A stretch of DNA of 59,982 bases, counting the filler. It is 4 parts of 4 records of this genome, joined end to end, with 100 filler letters (N's around TTAATTAATTAA, not from the genome) between each part and the next. Parts side by side here need not be neighbours in the genome. Positions count along the whole stretch, not along the records: positions 18,413 to 33,639 come from SRR31156797_1103; 3 more parts are not named here. One strand, given 5' to 3'. The notes below the pieces were generated by a model, which saw nothing but the letters and a program-made list of their open reading frames with translations, ran no database searches and was not told the DNA's origin. Of this stretch, positions 19,487 to 28,297 are shown piece after piece. Each line of letters starts with the position of its first letter. Position 1 is the first letter of the stretch. The position numbers and the translations under genes were made by a program.

Positions 19487-21196
19487 TCACGCCTTTTCCA
19501 GCAACCTCCGCAGCTGTAGGGTCATGTCTTTTATGTCGTCGGGATTACCTTCAAACAAGGCTTCTTTCAGATCGAAAACAGCATCTTCAATTTGTTTTTC
19601 ATAAGCCTTTGACAGTTTTTTTTCTTTTTCCGCCATGGCGAATTCCGCCGCACGGATCATGCTGTCGCCCCGAATGTTGATCTCGGTTTCTTCCCGCCTT
19701 TTCATGTCCTCTTCGGCAACGGCTTCCGCTTCCCGAATGGCCCGGGCTGCTTCTTCGTCGGATAGCAGGTGGGATGCGTCGATTTCAATTCCCGTCTCCC
19801 GTTCCGTATGTAGCTCCCTGGCGGATATGTGTACAATGCCGTTCACATCAATTTCAAAGGTTACCTCCACCTTCCCTTTTCCCCTTGAAAGGGGCGGAAG
19901 TCCGGTCAATTTGAAGCGGCCCAGGCTGATGTTGTCTTCAGCCATTTCCCGCTCTCCCTGCAGCACGTGGAAATCCATTTCCATCTGGTTGTCTTCCGCG
20001 TTGGTGAAAATCTGCCCTGCGGAGGTGGGAATGGTACTGTTTCGTTCGATAATCCTGGCAAAAAGACCCCCTTCCGTTTCAATTCCCAGGGAAAGGGGGG
20101 TGACGTCCACCAGGACCACATCGTCAATTTCCCCCGTGAGAACGCCGGCCTGAACCGCGGCGCCGATGCCCACCACCTCATCGGGGTTGACGCGGGTAAA
20201 CGGTTTCCGATGAAAGGTCTCTTCCACCAGACGCCTCACGGCGGGCATTCGGGTGGAACCGCCCACCAGCACGACCCGATCAATCTTTTCAGGCGTCAAC
20301 CCGGCATCTTTCAGTGCTTGCAGGGTGGGGGCCAGGAGACCGTCGCGCAAATCAGCGGTGATGGCTTCAAAGGTATCCTGGTCCACGGAGATTTGTGCCT
20401 CTTCGCCCAGGATATGGTTCATATTCAAAAAATGAAGGGGAATATCGACGTATGGTTCGAGAGAAAGGTCCCTTTTGGCTTTTTCTGCAGTCTCTTTCAA
20501 CCGTTCGAGAGTCATCGGATCCACACGGATGTCCTGTCCGTAGCGGGCGGAAATTTGATCCCACAGATAAGCGATCAGTTTTTCATCCCAATCGTCCCCT
20601 CCAAGCAGGGTGTTCCCGTTGACAGCTTTCACGTGAAAGATGCCATCCCCCAGTTCCAGGATGGACACGTCAAAGGTGCCGCCTCCCAGGTCCCATACCA
20701 GGATTGTCTGAATTTTTTCACGGTTCAGTCCATAGGCCAGGGAAGCGGCCGTGGGTTCATTGATGATGCGCATCACATCAAGACCGGCCAGGATTCCCGC
20801 CTCTTTGGTGGCCTGGCGTTGGGTGTCGGTAAAATAAGCGGGCACGGTAATGACAGCCTTTTTTACCGGTATCCCCAAGTAAGTTTCCGCATCGGTCTTA
20901 ATTTTTCGAAGAATAAGCGCGGAAATTTCCTGGGGAGAATAGGCCTTGCCATTGAGGGAGATTCTGTAATCAAGGCCCATATGCCGCTTGATGGAGCTGG
21001 CGGTGTTCTTTGGATTGGCCGCCGCCTGTCTTTTGGCTACCGAGCCCACCAGACGATGTCCAAGGGTTGTTTCCGCCACAACGGAAGGGGTCAGGTTTTC
21101 TCCTTCAGCATTTGGTATCACCCTGGCGTGCCCGTTTTCTATTACGGCAGCCACCGAAAAGGTGGTGCCCAGGTCTATGCCGATTGCTTTATCCAT
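19487..21196 (-). CDS. dnaK: Hsp70/DnaK chaperone (cluster-associated paralog)
   Basis: GIDLGTT, TVPAYF, INEPTAA, DLGGGTFD, VGGSTRMP, DVTPLSLG. Real start is ATG 21196 (MDKAIGIDLG), overlapping the upstream gene's stop. Confidence 0.93.
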   Translation of the reverse strand: MDKAIGIDLGTTFSVAAVIENGHARVIPNAEGENLTPSVVAETTLGHRLVGSVAKRQAAANPKNTASSIKRHMGLDYRISLNGKAYSPQEISALILRKIKTDAETYLGIPVKKAVITVPAYFTDTQRQATKEAGILAGLDVMRIINEPTAASLAYGLNREKIQTILVWDLGGGTFDVSILELGDGIFHVKAVNGNTLLGGDDWDEKLIAYLWDQISARYGQDIRVDPMTLERLKETAEKAKRDLSLEPYVDIPLHFLNMNHILGEEAQISVDQDTFEAITADLRDGLLAPTLQALKDAGLTPEKIDRVVLVGGSTRMPAVRRLVEETFHRKPFTRVNPDEVVGIGAAVQAGVLTGEIDDVVLVDVTPLSLGIETEGGLFARIIERNSTIPTSAGQIFTNAEDNQMEMDFHVLQGEREMAEDNISLGRFKLTGLPPLSRGKGKVEVTFEIDVNGIVHISARELHTERETGIEIDASHLLSDEEAARAIREAEAVAEEDMKRREETEINIRGDSMIRAAEFAMAEKEKKLSKAYEKQIEDAVFDLKEALFEGNPDDIKDMTLQLRRLLEKA

Positions 21197-21812
21197 GGTT
21201 GTTTTCGTTTTTCTGGAACTGTTTGAGTGTATGTATGATTTTTTCTTCTGTGAACGGTTTGTCGATAAAACTGTGAACCCCTTTTTCCTTTGCATCCACC
21301 ATCCGTTCCTCACTGCCATAGGCACTGATGATCACCACAAAAGTTTCTGAACTTTTTTTCTTTATGATGGGGAAAATATCCATTCCGTCGCCATCGGGCA
21401 GTTTCAGGTCCAGAAAGATGAGGTCGGGTTTTTTTCTCAGCGATTGAATGCCCTCATGAATGCTGTTGGCGGTGCATACGTCATAGCCTTTTTCCCTCAG
21501 GGCGTTTGCCAGAAGCCAGCACAGATCCTCTTCATCGTCGATGATCAAAATGTTTTTGATCTTTTTTTTGGCAAACAGACGAGGTTTTTTTTCGGATTTT
21601 TTTCTTCTCAGGCGTTCATTTTCCCGCTCTTTAAAGTAGGATTTCAGCTCTTTCAGCTCTTCGGGTTTGCGCCATCCTGAAAGACCACTTCTCCATACCA
21701 GGGCTTCATCTTTTTTGATCATCCCCCGCAATATCCAGCTCTTAAGTCTTGAGTGATAGATCAAGCGGTAGGTGTCCGCCCCCCGCCTTACGTCATATTT
21801 AAATTCTCTCAC
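21189..21812 (-). CDS. Response regulator with N-terminal GYF_2 (DUF4339)-like domain
   Basis: LKSWILRGMIKKDEALVWRSGLSGW matches the GYF_2 pattern; intact receiver IIDDE / FLDLKLPD / ISAYG / DKPF. Confidence 0.8.
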   Translation of the reverse strand: MREFKYDVRRGADTYRLIYHSRLKSWILRGMIKKDEALVWRSGLSGWRKPEELKELKSYFKERENERLRRKKSEKKPRLFAKKKIKNILIIDDEEDLCWLLANALREKGYDVCTANSIHEGIQSLRKKPDLIFLDLKLPDGDGMDIFPIIKKKSSETFVVIISAYGSEERMVDAKEKGVHSFIDKPFTEEKIIHTLKQFQKNENNHG

Positions 21813-21830
21813 AGGCGTTCTCCCGGTTCA

Positions 21831-22559
21831 TTATACTGGCAAAGAGATGGTAAACACCGAACCCTTTTTCCAATGGTTGGTATTGCTTTCGACGCCGATG
21901 GTTCCGCCGTGACTCACGACGATGCCGTAGGTCATGGAGAGTCCCAGCCCGACTCCCGATGTTTTGGTGCTGAAAAAAGGATCGAATATCCTGATAATGT
22001 CTTCCTCCGGGATGCCGGCGCCGGTATCCTGGATTTTAACTATGAAAAAATCCCTCTCAATCCCGGTGACGACGGTCATGACGCCGCCATCAGGCATGGC
22101 GTCCAGGGCGTTAATCATGACGTTTGAAAAGACCCGGGTGATCTGTTCCCTGTCCACGCTGATGACCGGGAAGCCCGGGCAATAGGTTTTTGTTATTTCG
22201 ATCTGTTGGGAGGTAATCTTGGCCTTGATGGAATCCAGCGTGCTTTCCAGTATCCCGTTGATGTCGTGGGGTTGAATGTTGAGTTTGGGCGGTCTCGCGC
22301 AGTTTAGAAGTTCGGTGATCAAAAAATTAATCCGTTCCGTATTTCGAATGATGATCTCGATATGTCTTGCCCAGGGGCTATCCCGGGAAAAAGCCTCCTT
22401 CAGTTGCTTCACCGACATGGATACATTGGTCAGGGGGTTTCGGATTTCATGGGCGATGCTGGCTGCGATGCGGCCTGTAAAAGCCAGCCTCTCGGAGAAA
22501 CCGGACTCTTCCTTTCCGGTTTTTCGTTCGTTGGGTTTTGATTCTGTTCGTGAATCCAT
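21831..22559 (-). CDS. Histidine kinase lacking a sensor domain (HisKA + HATPase)
   Basis: IAHEIRNPL, NVMINALDAM, DTGAGI, FDPFFSTK, GVGLGL; only about 25 aa precede the H-box helix. Confidence 0.9.
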   Translation of the reverse strand: MDSRTESKPNERKTGKEESGFSERLAFTGRIAASIAHEIRNPLTNVSMSVKQLKEAFSRDSPWARHIEIIIRNTERINFLITELLNCARPPKLNIQPHDINGILESTLDSIKAKITSQQIEITKTYCPGFPVISVDREQITRVFSNVMINALDAMPDGGVMTVVTGIERDFFIVKIQDTGAGIPEEDIIRIFDPFFSTKTSGVGLGLSMTYGIVVSHGGTIGVESNTNHWKKGSVFTISLPV

Positions 22560-22605
22560 CGCTTTTTTATCCTCTCATGGGTGAAGACCCGTTATTGCCG
22601 AGACC

Positions 22606-23328
22606 CTAAGCCAAAGCCTGAAGTCTTTGAATCCGTTTTATCGCGACGGGGCTGGTCCAGCCACATTTAGTACAGCCGTTTTCCAGCAGTGTTTGAACAA
22701 AATCGAGCCTGCCGCACCGGGGACAAGTATCCGTTTCTTTTTCCGAAAGGTCCTGAACGTCGTATCCTGCATCTAAAATGGCGGTTTCCAGGGCGGTTCT
22801 TAATCGCTGAACATTCAGCGCGTTAACTCGGTGCCACCGGTTTCCTGCCAGCAGGAGATGCAGCTCCTGCCTTGCCCTTTTTTCAGGAGAAGCGTTCTTT
22901 TTTTTGGTGGCCAGTCCCTTGATGTTATCAAGAGGCGTTTCAAACAGGATTTTGTCGAAATCTTCATGATAGAGGAGCAAACGACGGGTCGTCAGGTAAA
23001 GGCGGCCATATTGCCAGGTTTTGTATAACCCTTCACTTGAATGGCATGCCCCCGGCATTTTGAGGAGCATTTTTTCCCCGGCGATCAAATTATCATGCTT
23101 TTTCTTCCTGCTTTCCCGTTCCCACGCCCTGCTTTTTTCGTCCCACGCCTGCATGACCCCGTATTTCAACATGGTTTCCATGCCCGCCAATGCCGCCCGG
23201 AGGTTGACCCCGATCAATGGAATGCCCGCAACGGATACAATGAGGTCCGCCTGGATGACAAGGCCCTTGTCCAGGACACGATCCAGCAGGTCTACCAGGG
23301 TTGCGTGGGGCTCTCGTTTGGGGGTCAT
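22606..23328 (-). CDS. Gas vesicle GvpA/J/S-family protein fused to PH/GRAM-like domain and Zn ribbon
   Basis: LVDLLDRVLDKGLVIQADLIVSVAGIPLIGVNLRA (GvpA family); GRLYLTTRRLLLY; CPRC...GCTKCGWTS. Confidence 0.85.
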   Translation of the reverse strand: MTPKREPHATLVDLLDRVLDKGLVIQADLIVSVAGIPLIGVNLRAALAGMETMLKYGVMQAWDEKSRAWERESRKKKHDNLIAGEKMLLKMPGACHSSEGLYKTWQYGRLYLTTRRLLLYHEDFDKILFETPLDNIKGLATKKKNASPEKRARQELHLLLAGNRWHRVNALNVQRLRTALETAILDAGYDVQDLSEKETDTCPRCGRLDFVQTLLENGCTKCGWTSPVAIKRIQRLQALA

Positions 23329-23337
23329 GAGTCTTTT

Positions 23338-24369
23338 TCAAACAAAGGAATAGGGCGGCCACGGGCCGGTGTAGCGGACGGAAAACCCCTCACGATTGTC
23401 AATTCCCTCAAGGGCTTCTCCCAGCTTTCCGCTTTGATCCTTCGGGAGCAGGCAGGACAGATTCAGGAGCATCTGCCGGCCTTCATCCTCGGCTCTTTTT
23501 GTCTTTTCCACACGGAGGTCGTCGGCATAGGCCTTGATCTTTTCATAAAATTCCTGAAAACACCGATCCGCCATGCGGGCCATCTCATTCTTTAACAGTT
23601 CCGTCAGCTTCTGGCGATACATATAGGCGATTCCCTTGGGTTTTGTCTGAATCTCTTTCTGCAATGCCTTAATTTCAGAGCTTTTTTCGCTGACATTGTG
23701 GGCCATGATACCGGTTTTCCAGAAAATTTGTACACCATATTCGGCCCTGTTCCTGATTTTGGCCATTTTTGATGTCAGATTGTCGTAATCGGTTTCAATC
23801 CATTTTTCCATGTTTTCTTTGGGGTTGGCATCCCCTTTGCTGCAGATGATGGTGTCAAAACCCATGGGGATGATTGTCCCGAATTTTTCCGCGGCCCCAT
23901 CCAGCACCTTTTGGTGGGTCAGAACCCACTGCTTGACTTTTTCCGGGTCGTCCGACCGATACGGTTCGGCAGTACAGTTATGAACCACCGCGGAAAGGTC
24001 ACGGAAGGGAAGGGTGTAGACCTCATTTCCTTCTATTCCGATGCTTCCGAAGTTGACGGATTCGCTTTCATCGGCAATGCAGTAAAGATACAAACCGATT
24101 TCCGATTCCGGATTCCGGATTGCGGAATTATCGGGGGCAGGGGAGGGGATGGGTTCAGTATGGGGATTTTCCCGGGTCGGCGCCGGTTCTTTCGGCGTTT
24201 CAGGATTCCGTTCCAGGCATTCACCCAGGATATGGGTGATTTCCTCTCGAATGGCGGTTCTGAGTTGGGGCATAAGGGATGCCGTCACAATCCCTTTGAT
24301 ATCCTCCCGACTTTCCGCCAGCATCTCCCGGATTTCCCGGTGTACCATTTTCTTGATGATATCTTCCAA
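23338..24369 (-). CDS. GvpL/GvpF-family gas vesicle protein with N-terminal extension
   Basis: GLYLYCI, HQKVL, IPMGFDT, TGPWPPYSFV. The start is probably TTG 24369 or ATG 24348; the track's 24465 overlaps gvpK. Confidence 0.85.
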   Translation of the reverse strand: MEDIIKKMVHREIREMLAESREDIKGIVTASLMPQLRTAIREEITHILGECLERNPETPKEPAPTRENPHTEPIPSPAPDNSAIRNPESEIGLYLYCIADESESVNFGSIGIEGNEVYTLPFRDLSAVVHNCTAEPYRSDDPEKVKQWVLTHQKVLDGAAEKFGTIIPMGFDTIICSKGDANPKENMEKWIETDYDNLTSKMAKIRNRAEYGVQIFWKTGIMAHNVSEKSSEIKALQKEIQTKPKGIAYMYRQKLTELLKNEMARMADRCFQEFYEKIKAYADDLRVEKTKRAEDEGRQMLLNLSCLLPKDQSGKLGEALEGIDNREGFSVRYTGPWPPYSFV

Positions 24370-24388
24370 TTGCCCGTTTCTTGTCCTT

Positions 24389-24700
24389 TTAATACTCGGC
24401 TTCTTCCCCTCTTTCCGGGTTGATGATCTTATCCAGCAGATCGTCCACAATGCCGTCCAGCCCATCCCGAACCGATTTAACCGATTCGGTGATGCCCTGC
24501 TCCATCTTCATTTCTTCAATGGCCGTGTCCAGATCCATGAGGGCTTCACCCAGTCGATTGGTCTCTTCTTCCGTCAGGGTGCCCCCTTCCATGCGTTTCA
24601 GGGCCTGGAGCCTGAGTGCATCTTTGATGATTTCCACCAGGGCCACCACCAGGCCCAGAACGCCGTGCTTGAGGTTTTTTTCGTCGATATGGATGGACAT
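24389..24700 (-). CDS. gvpK: Gas vesicle protein GvpK
   Basis: GVLGLVVALVEII..ALRLQALKRMEGGTLTEEETNRLGEALMDL matches the GvpK pattern. Confidence 0.85.
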   Translation of the reverse strand: MSIHIDEKNLKHGVLGLVVALVEIIKDALRLQALKRMEGGTLTEEETNRLGEALMDLDTAIEEMKMEQGITESVKSVRDGLDGIVDDLLDKIINPERGEEAEY

Positions 24701-24755
24701 GGCTCAGTTGTCAGGGGGCAGTTGCCAGGGGGCAGCTTACAAAAAGCTATGCCCC

Positions 24756-25109
24756 CTAACCGCTGATCACTTCTTTCGCTTTGGCGCTGATCCAACCGCA
24801 CCAGGGACATCCCGTGGTCATGAGGTCTTCCATGACGACGCGTTTCTCACACTGGGGGCAGTACTCTTTGGTGACGACCGCTTCTTCCCAGGCGGGGGTT
24901 TTAAGCGTTGTCCCCGATGGGAATTCCAGGCCGTATTTGGCGGCGGTTTCAAAAGATGCCAGTGCGGCCCTGATCTTGATGCCCAGCAGTTCCACGCCCA
25001 CCACCGATACGGCGATGTCCGCGTTGATGACAAGGCCCTTATCCAGGATCCTGTCGATCACGTCCGCCAGTCCGCCGTCCTTTTCATCCCTCCTAGGTTC
25101 CATGACCAT
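24756..25109 (-). CDS. gvpJ: GvpJ-like (GvpA family) protein with C-terminal Zn ribbon
   Basis: LADVIDRILDKGLVINADIAVSVVGVELLGIKIRAALASFETAAKYGL; CPQC...GCPWCGWIS. Confidence 0.85.
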   Translation of the reverse strand: MVMEPRRDEKDGGLADVIDRILDKGLVINADIAVSVVGVELLGIKIRAALASFETAAKYGLEFPSGTTLKTPAWEEAVVTKEYCPQCEKRVVMEDLMTTGCPWCGWISAKAKEVISG

Positions 25110-25112
25110 GGC

Positions 25113-25898
25113 TTAGTTCACTCCCCTATTCCAGCTGTTATGCCGCTCTGGGGCCGATTCCCTTACATGAACGACGCCCTTGCCACTGCATTTGAGGCAG
25201 GTCAAAGCGGTTCCCTGTTCCGCTCCCGATCCTCGGCACTGGCTGCAGACACCGATGGGAGGATGAACCGACACCACCCCTTTGCCGCGGCAGACCGGGC
25301 AAAGCCGTCCCGTCCGCCGTTCCATTCCCCTGCCCTTGCAGTAGGCGCATGACACCGCCGGCGGCGCCATGGCGACCCGGCCGGTCCCCCGGCAGACGGG
25401 GCATTGGGCCCCTTTTGCTTTTTTCCCGGTCCCCCGGCAAAAGCCGCAGGTTAAGGTTTTTTCGTTGAGCAGGGATGTTTGGGCTCTACCGTTGAATCCG
25501 CCGGTCCGTCCCCTGTTTCCATAATTAATGGTACTCCAGGTCACATCCTCCTGGCCGGGTTTTAAGAAGCCGCTTTCCGTATGGTTGGGGTTTGTTCGGA
25601 CCGATTTGAAAGAGCGCCACTGGAATTCTTCCCTATGGATTTTCCCGTGGGGAATTGTCCTTCCGGTTTCAATGGCCGTATCCCCATGGGGCCACCCCAG
25701 GGCTTTTTTCCCTTTTGGCGTAATCCTAAAGCGACCACGGGTTTTCCGGGCGAGATGTTCGCTTTTGATGAGGTTCGCGCACAGAACCGTGGCATAAGAA
25801 GGGTCAATCCCCAGTTGTCGGCTCACCAGACGGGTGGTGGTTTCACCATTTTCCTTTTCCACGGTTTTCAGCGCCTTCATTTCGCTTCCTGAAACCAT
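25113..25898 (-). CDS. Winged-helix-like + DnaJ-type zinc-finger repeat protein
   Basis: N-terminal TTRLVSRQLGIDPSYA...RITPKG (wHTH-like); six CxxCxGxG repeats. Confidence 0.75.
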   Translation of the reverse strand: MVSGSEMKALKTVEKENGETTTRLVSRQLGIDPSYATVLCANLIKSEHLARKTRGRFRITPKGKKALGWPHGDTAIETGRTIPHGKIHREEFQWRSFKSVRTNPNHTESGFLKPGQEDVTWSTINYGNRGRTGGFNGRAQTSLLNEKTLTCGFCRGTGKKAKGAQCPVCRGTGRVAMAPPAVSCAYCKGRGMERRTGRLCPVCRGKGVVSVHPPIGVCSQCRGSGAEQGTALTCLKCSGKGVVHVRESAPERHNSWNRGVN

Positions 25899-25909
25899 TT
25901 ATTTTTCTC

Positions 25910-26176
25910 CTATTCAGACGTCCAATCGGTATCGATCCGTCTTCTCATGCCGTTGCGTCGAAATTCCAGCATGCCGCCTTCCCCGTCCAGCCGGGTTTCG
26001 TAGGAAGCCAGGATATCCATACCTTCCGGGATGGAGTGTTTTTCCACCACCTCAAGGACGACCCGCCATTCATCATCTTCCTTTACCACTTCGATGGTGG
26101 ATGAAATCTCAAGTCCGGTCAGGGCATTCAACTCGGACCGTGCATTATCAACGATTTTCGCCATGCTTGCAGCCAT
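25910..26176 (-). CDS. gvpO: Gas vesicle protein GvpO (GvpR)
   Basis: LTGL...WRVVLEVVEKHSIPEGMDILASYETRLD..G...RR pattern. Confidence 0.85.
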   Translation of the reverse strand: MAASMAKIVDNARSELNALTGLEISSTIEVVKEDDEWRVVLEVVEKHSIPEGMDILASYETRLDGEGGMLEFRRNGMRRRIDTDWTSE

Positions 26177-26239
26177 TTTTTCTCTCCTTTAACGCTAAGA
26201 TTCCATAACAAAATGGAAATTTACATAAACCCGTACCCC

Positions 26240-26479
26240 TCACCCCTCTTCCTTCATCTTTCGTATCATTTGGAGCTGTTCCATGAGGCCTGCTTCCCGT
26301 TTCTCATATTCTTCCTCACTGATTTCTTCCATTTCAAACTGCATCTGGAGATGGAGCAGCCCTTCGTGAATCTTTGATTCATCGGTCATTTCGTTATAGG
26401 CGGCGTCCCGCAGTTTTTCACCCAGCCAGATGGTGAGCTTCAGGGGCGAAAACAGGATATCGTCTAGAATGAACGCCAC
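26240..26479 (-). CDS. gvpG: Gas vesicle protein GvpG
   Basis: LDDILFSPL..IWLGEKL..AA..E...L..LQMQFEMEEISEEEYEKREAGLMEQL; GTG start after GGAG. Confidence 0.88.
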   Translation of the reverse strand: MAFILDDILFSPLKLTIWLGEKLRDAAYNEMTDESKIHEGLLHLQMQFEMEEISEEEYEKREAGLMEQLQMIRKMKEEG

Positions 26480-26489
26480 AAGAGTTCTC

Positions 26490-27242
26490 CTACCATCTTA
26501 CTACGATTTCAACGAAATTGCAGGGGGGGATGGGGCCCACATACTTCAGGGTCATTTTCTCCGCATACTGCTCTGCGATTTTTTCCACGGCGAGATCGAA
26601 CGCTTTTTCCTTTTCTTTTTCCACCAGAAAAGCGGCGTTTGTAATCATTTGGTCTCCGAAGTGGTTGTTCAACTTTCTTTCCACCCAGAGTTTTTCAAGG
26701 GGGGCCAGGACGGATTGTTCTTTCCGTTCCTTCCAGGCCTCAAAGGCATTTTTCACCATTTCTCCCAGGCGGACCTGATCCCGCTGAACCCCGCCCCGCC
26801 GTTTGAGCAGTCGGTCGCGCAGTCGACTGATGTCCGTGTTTTGAGTTGCAATTTCATGGAAAACCGGCTTGATATCCTTCCAGATGGCTTTGATTCCCAA
26901 TTCAACCTTTCCCTGCATGTAGGCTAAAGTCTCGGTTAGTTCGCTCTCCCGCTCTTTCAGGAGCTTTTCCCGGATCGGGTCCAACCCTTCACTGACCGTT
27001 CCGAATTGCACGGGAAGCATGGGGTATTGTTCCATGACCGTTTCCATGACCTTCTGGTGGGCCATGGTATTGGCCCGGGTCACCGGGTACTGTGTGACCG
27101 GTGAATCGCTGATGACCGCGCCCAGTCCGTCATGAACTACGGTATGGACTTCGCTCTTTTCTTTGCCGATGCCCATTGGACCGAAGTTCGCTTCCCGGTC
27201 CGTTTCAATGATGGCGTATATGTATTGGCCTTCCCGGGTCAT
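26490..27242 (-). CDS. gvpF: Gas vesicle protein GvpF (GvpL/F family)
   Basis: GQYIYAII, AHQKVME, LPVQFGT, GKVELGIK, NAAFLV, GPIPPCNFV; immediately upstream of gvpG. Confidence 0.88.
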   Translation of the reverse strand: MTREGQYIYAIIETDREANFGPMGIGKEKSEVHTVVHDGLGAVISDSPVTQYPVTRANTMAHQKVMETVMEQYPMLPVQFGTVSEGLDPIREKLLKERESELTETLAYMQGKVELGIKAIWKDIKPVFHEIATQNTDISRLRDRLLKRRGGVQRDQVRLGEMVKNAFEAWKERKEQSVLAPLEKLWVERKLNNHFGDQMITNAAFLVEKEKEKAFDLAVEKIAEQYAEKMTLKYVGPIPPCNFVEIVVRW

Positions 27243-27256
27243 GAAAATGGTTCCTC

Positions 27257-28276
27257 CTAATTAGCGACCGCCCTTATGTCTACCCAGGCTTTTATATCCT
27301 TTTCCCGGAAGGAACATGACGGGTCCCGGCAGTAGTCCGTCACAAGCTTATAGGCATGGTTAATTTTTTCGTAATGCTTTTGAACATCCCGGTCTCCCGG
27401 AAATTTGTCCGGATGGAATTCCTTGGTCAGTTGCCAGTAATGATTCCGGATTTCCTGCCGGGTGGTTTCTTCTTCCAGTTGAAGCAGTTTTTGTGCATTG
27501 CGCAATTGTTCACAGTCGACGGTTTTGACCTCAAAGGTTCGAAAACTGTAGGGCGGAAGTGGACCGATAATGCGAAAATTGATCCGGTCTTCAAAGTGAC
27601 GGTCCAGCCCGGCGACAATGCCTTCCATCCGGGCCGCATCTTTTCTCTTAATGAGAAAAGCCGCGTTAATGATCATGCCGTCATCCATGAGGGTGTGAAC
27701 AGCGTGGTTTTCCGCCAGGTTCAGCAAAGGGGGCATGATGACCGACTGAAGGGATTCCCGTTTCTGGTCCAGAAGGGTCTTTATCTGTTTTCCGGCGTTG
27801 ATGCGCATTTCCAGAAGGTCATTGTCCGATTGCTCCGCCGCATTTTCCTTAATCGCCTTGATTTCGTCGGTTTGTCCGATTTCCGTGATGATGGCGTTCA
27901 ATTCGGGCCAGAAAGCCACCACATCCAGCTCGATTTTGTTTTTCATTTCTTTCAGACTTTGATCAATCCGTTCTTTTCCACATTGCAGAACCCTGACAAC
28001 CGCGGCATCCCCATCCAGCAGTGTCCCGAATTTAACGGGGATTATGGGACGATCCGTCATCACCTTTTCGATGACCGACTGGTAAACCGTCAGATTGCGC
28101 AGGAGGGTTTCTTTGGGTAGATTGTCAAAGCCTTTGTGCGGCAGGTTGCTCACAAGGGCGGAAATTCCCTCAAACGACAGGGCGTACAGTTCCCCGCCGG
28201 CAATTCCCGTTCGGCCGAACCGGCCTTGTTCCTCTCCTTGAATGAAGCCGTAAATGGTTTTTCCGTCATCTCTCAT
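27257..28276 (-). CDS. GvpL/F-family protein with C-terminal J-domain
   Basis: GvpL/F core ends at GPLPPYSF; followed by AQKLLQL...IRNHYWQLTKEFHPDK...YEKINHAYKLV with an intact HPD motif. Confidence 0.88.
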   Translation of the reverse strand: MRDDGKTIYGFIQGEEQGRFGRTGIAGGELYALSFEGISALVSNLPHKGFDNLPKETLLRNLTVYQSVIEKVMTDRPIIPVKFGTLLDGDAAVVRVLQCGKERIDQSLKEMKNKIELDVVAFWPELNAIITEIGQTDEIKAIKENAAEQSDNDLLEMRINAGKQIKTLLDQKRESLQSVIMPPLLNLAENHAVHTLMDDGMIINAAFLIKRKDAARMEGIVAGLDRHFEDRINFRIIGPLPPYSFRTFEVKTVDCEQLRNAQKLLQLEEETTRQEIRNHYWQLTKEFHPDKFPGDRDVQKHYEKINHAYKLVTDYCRDPSCSFREKDIKAWVDIRAVAN

Positions 28277-28297
28277 TTTATGTTTCTCCGGAGCCTT

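Noticed and set aside
21197-21325. 43-aa N-terminal extension of DnaK in the ORF track
   Set aside because: It overlaps the upstream response regulator; Hsp70 homology starts at ATG 21196.
24370-24465. Track start of the 375-aa GvpL/F ORF
   Set aside because: It overlaps the gvpK 3' end; a start at 24369 or 24348 is more plausible.
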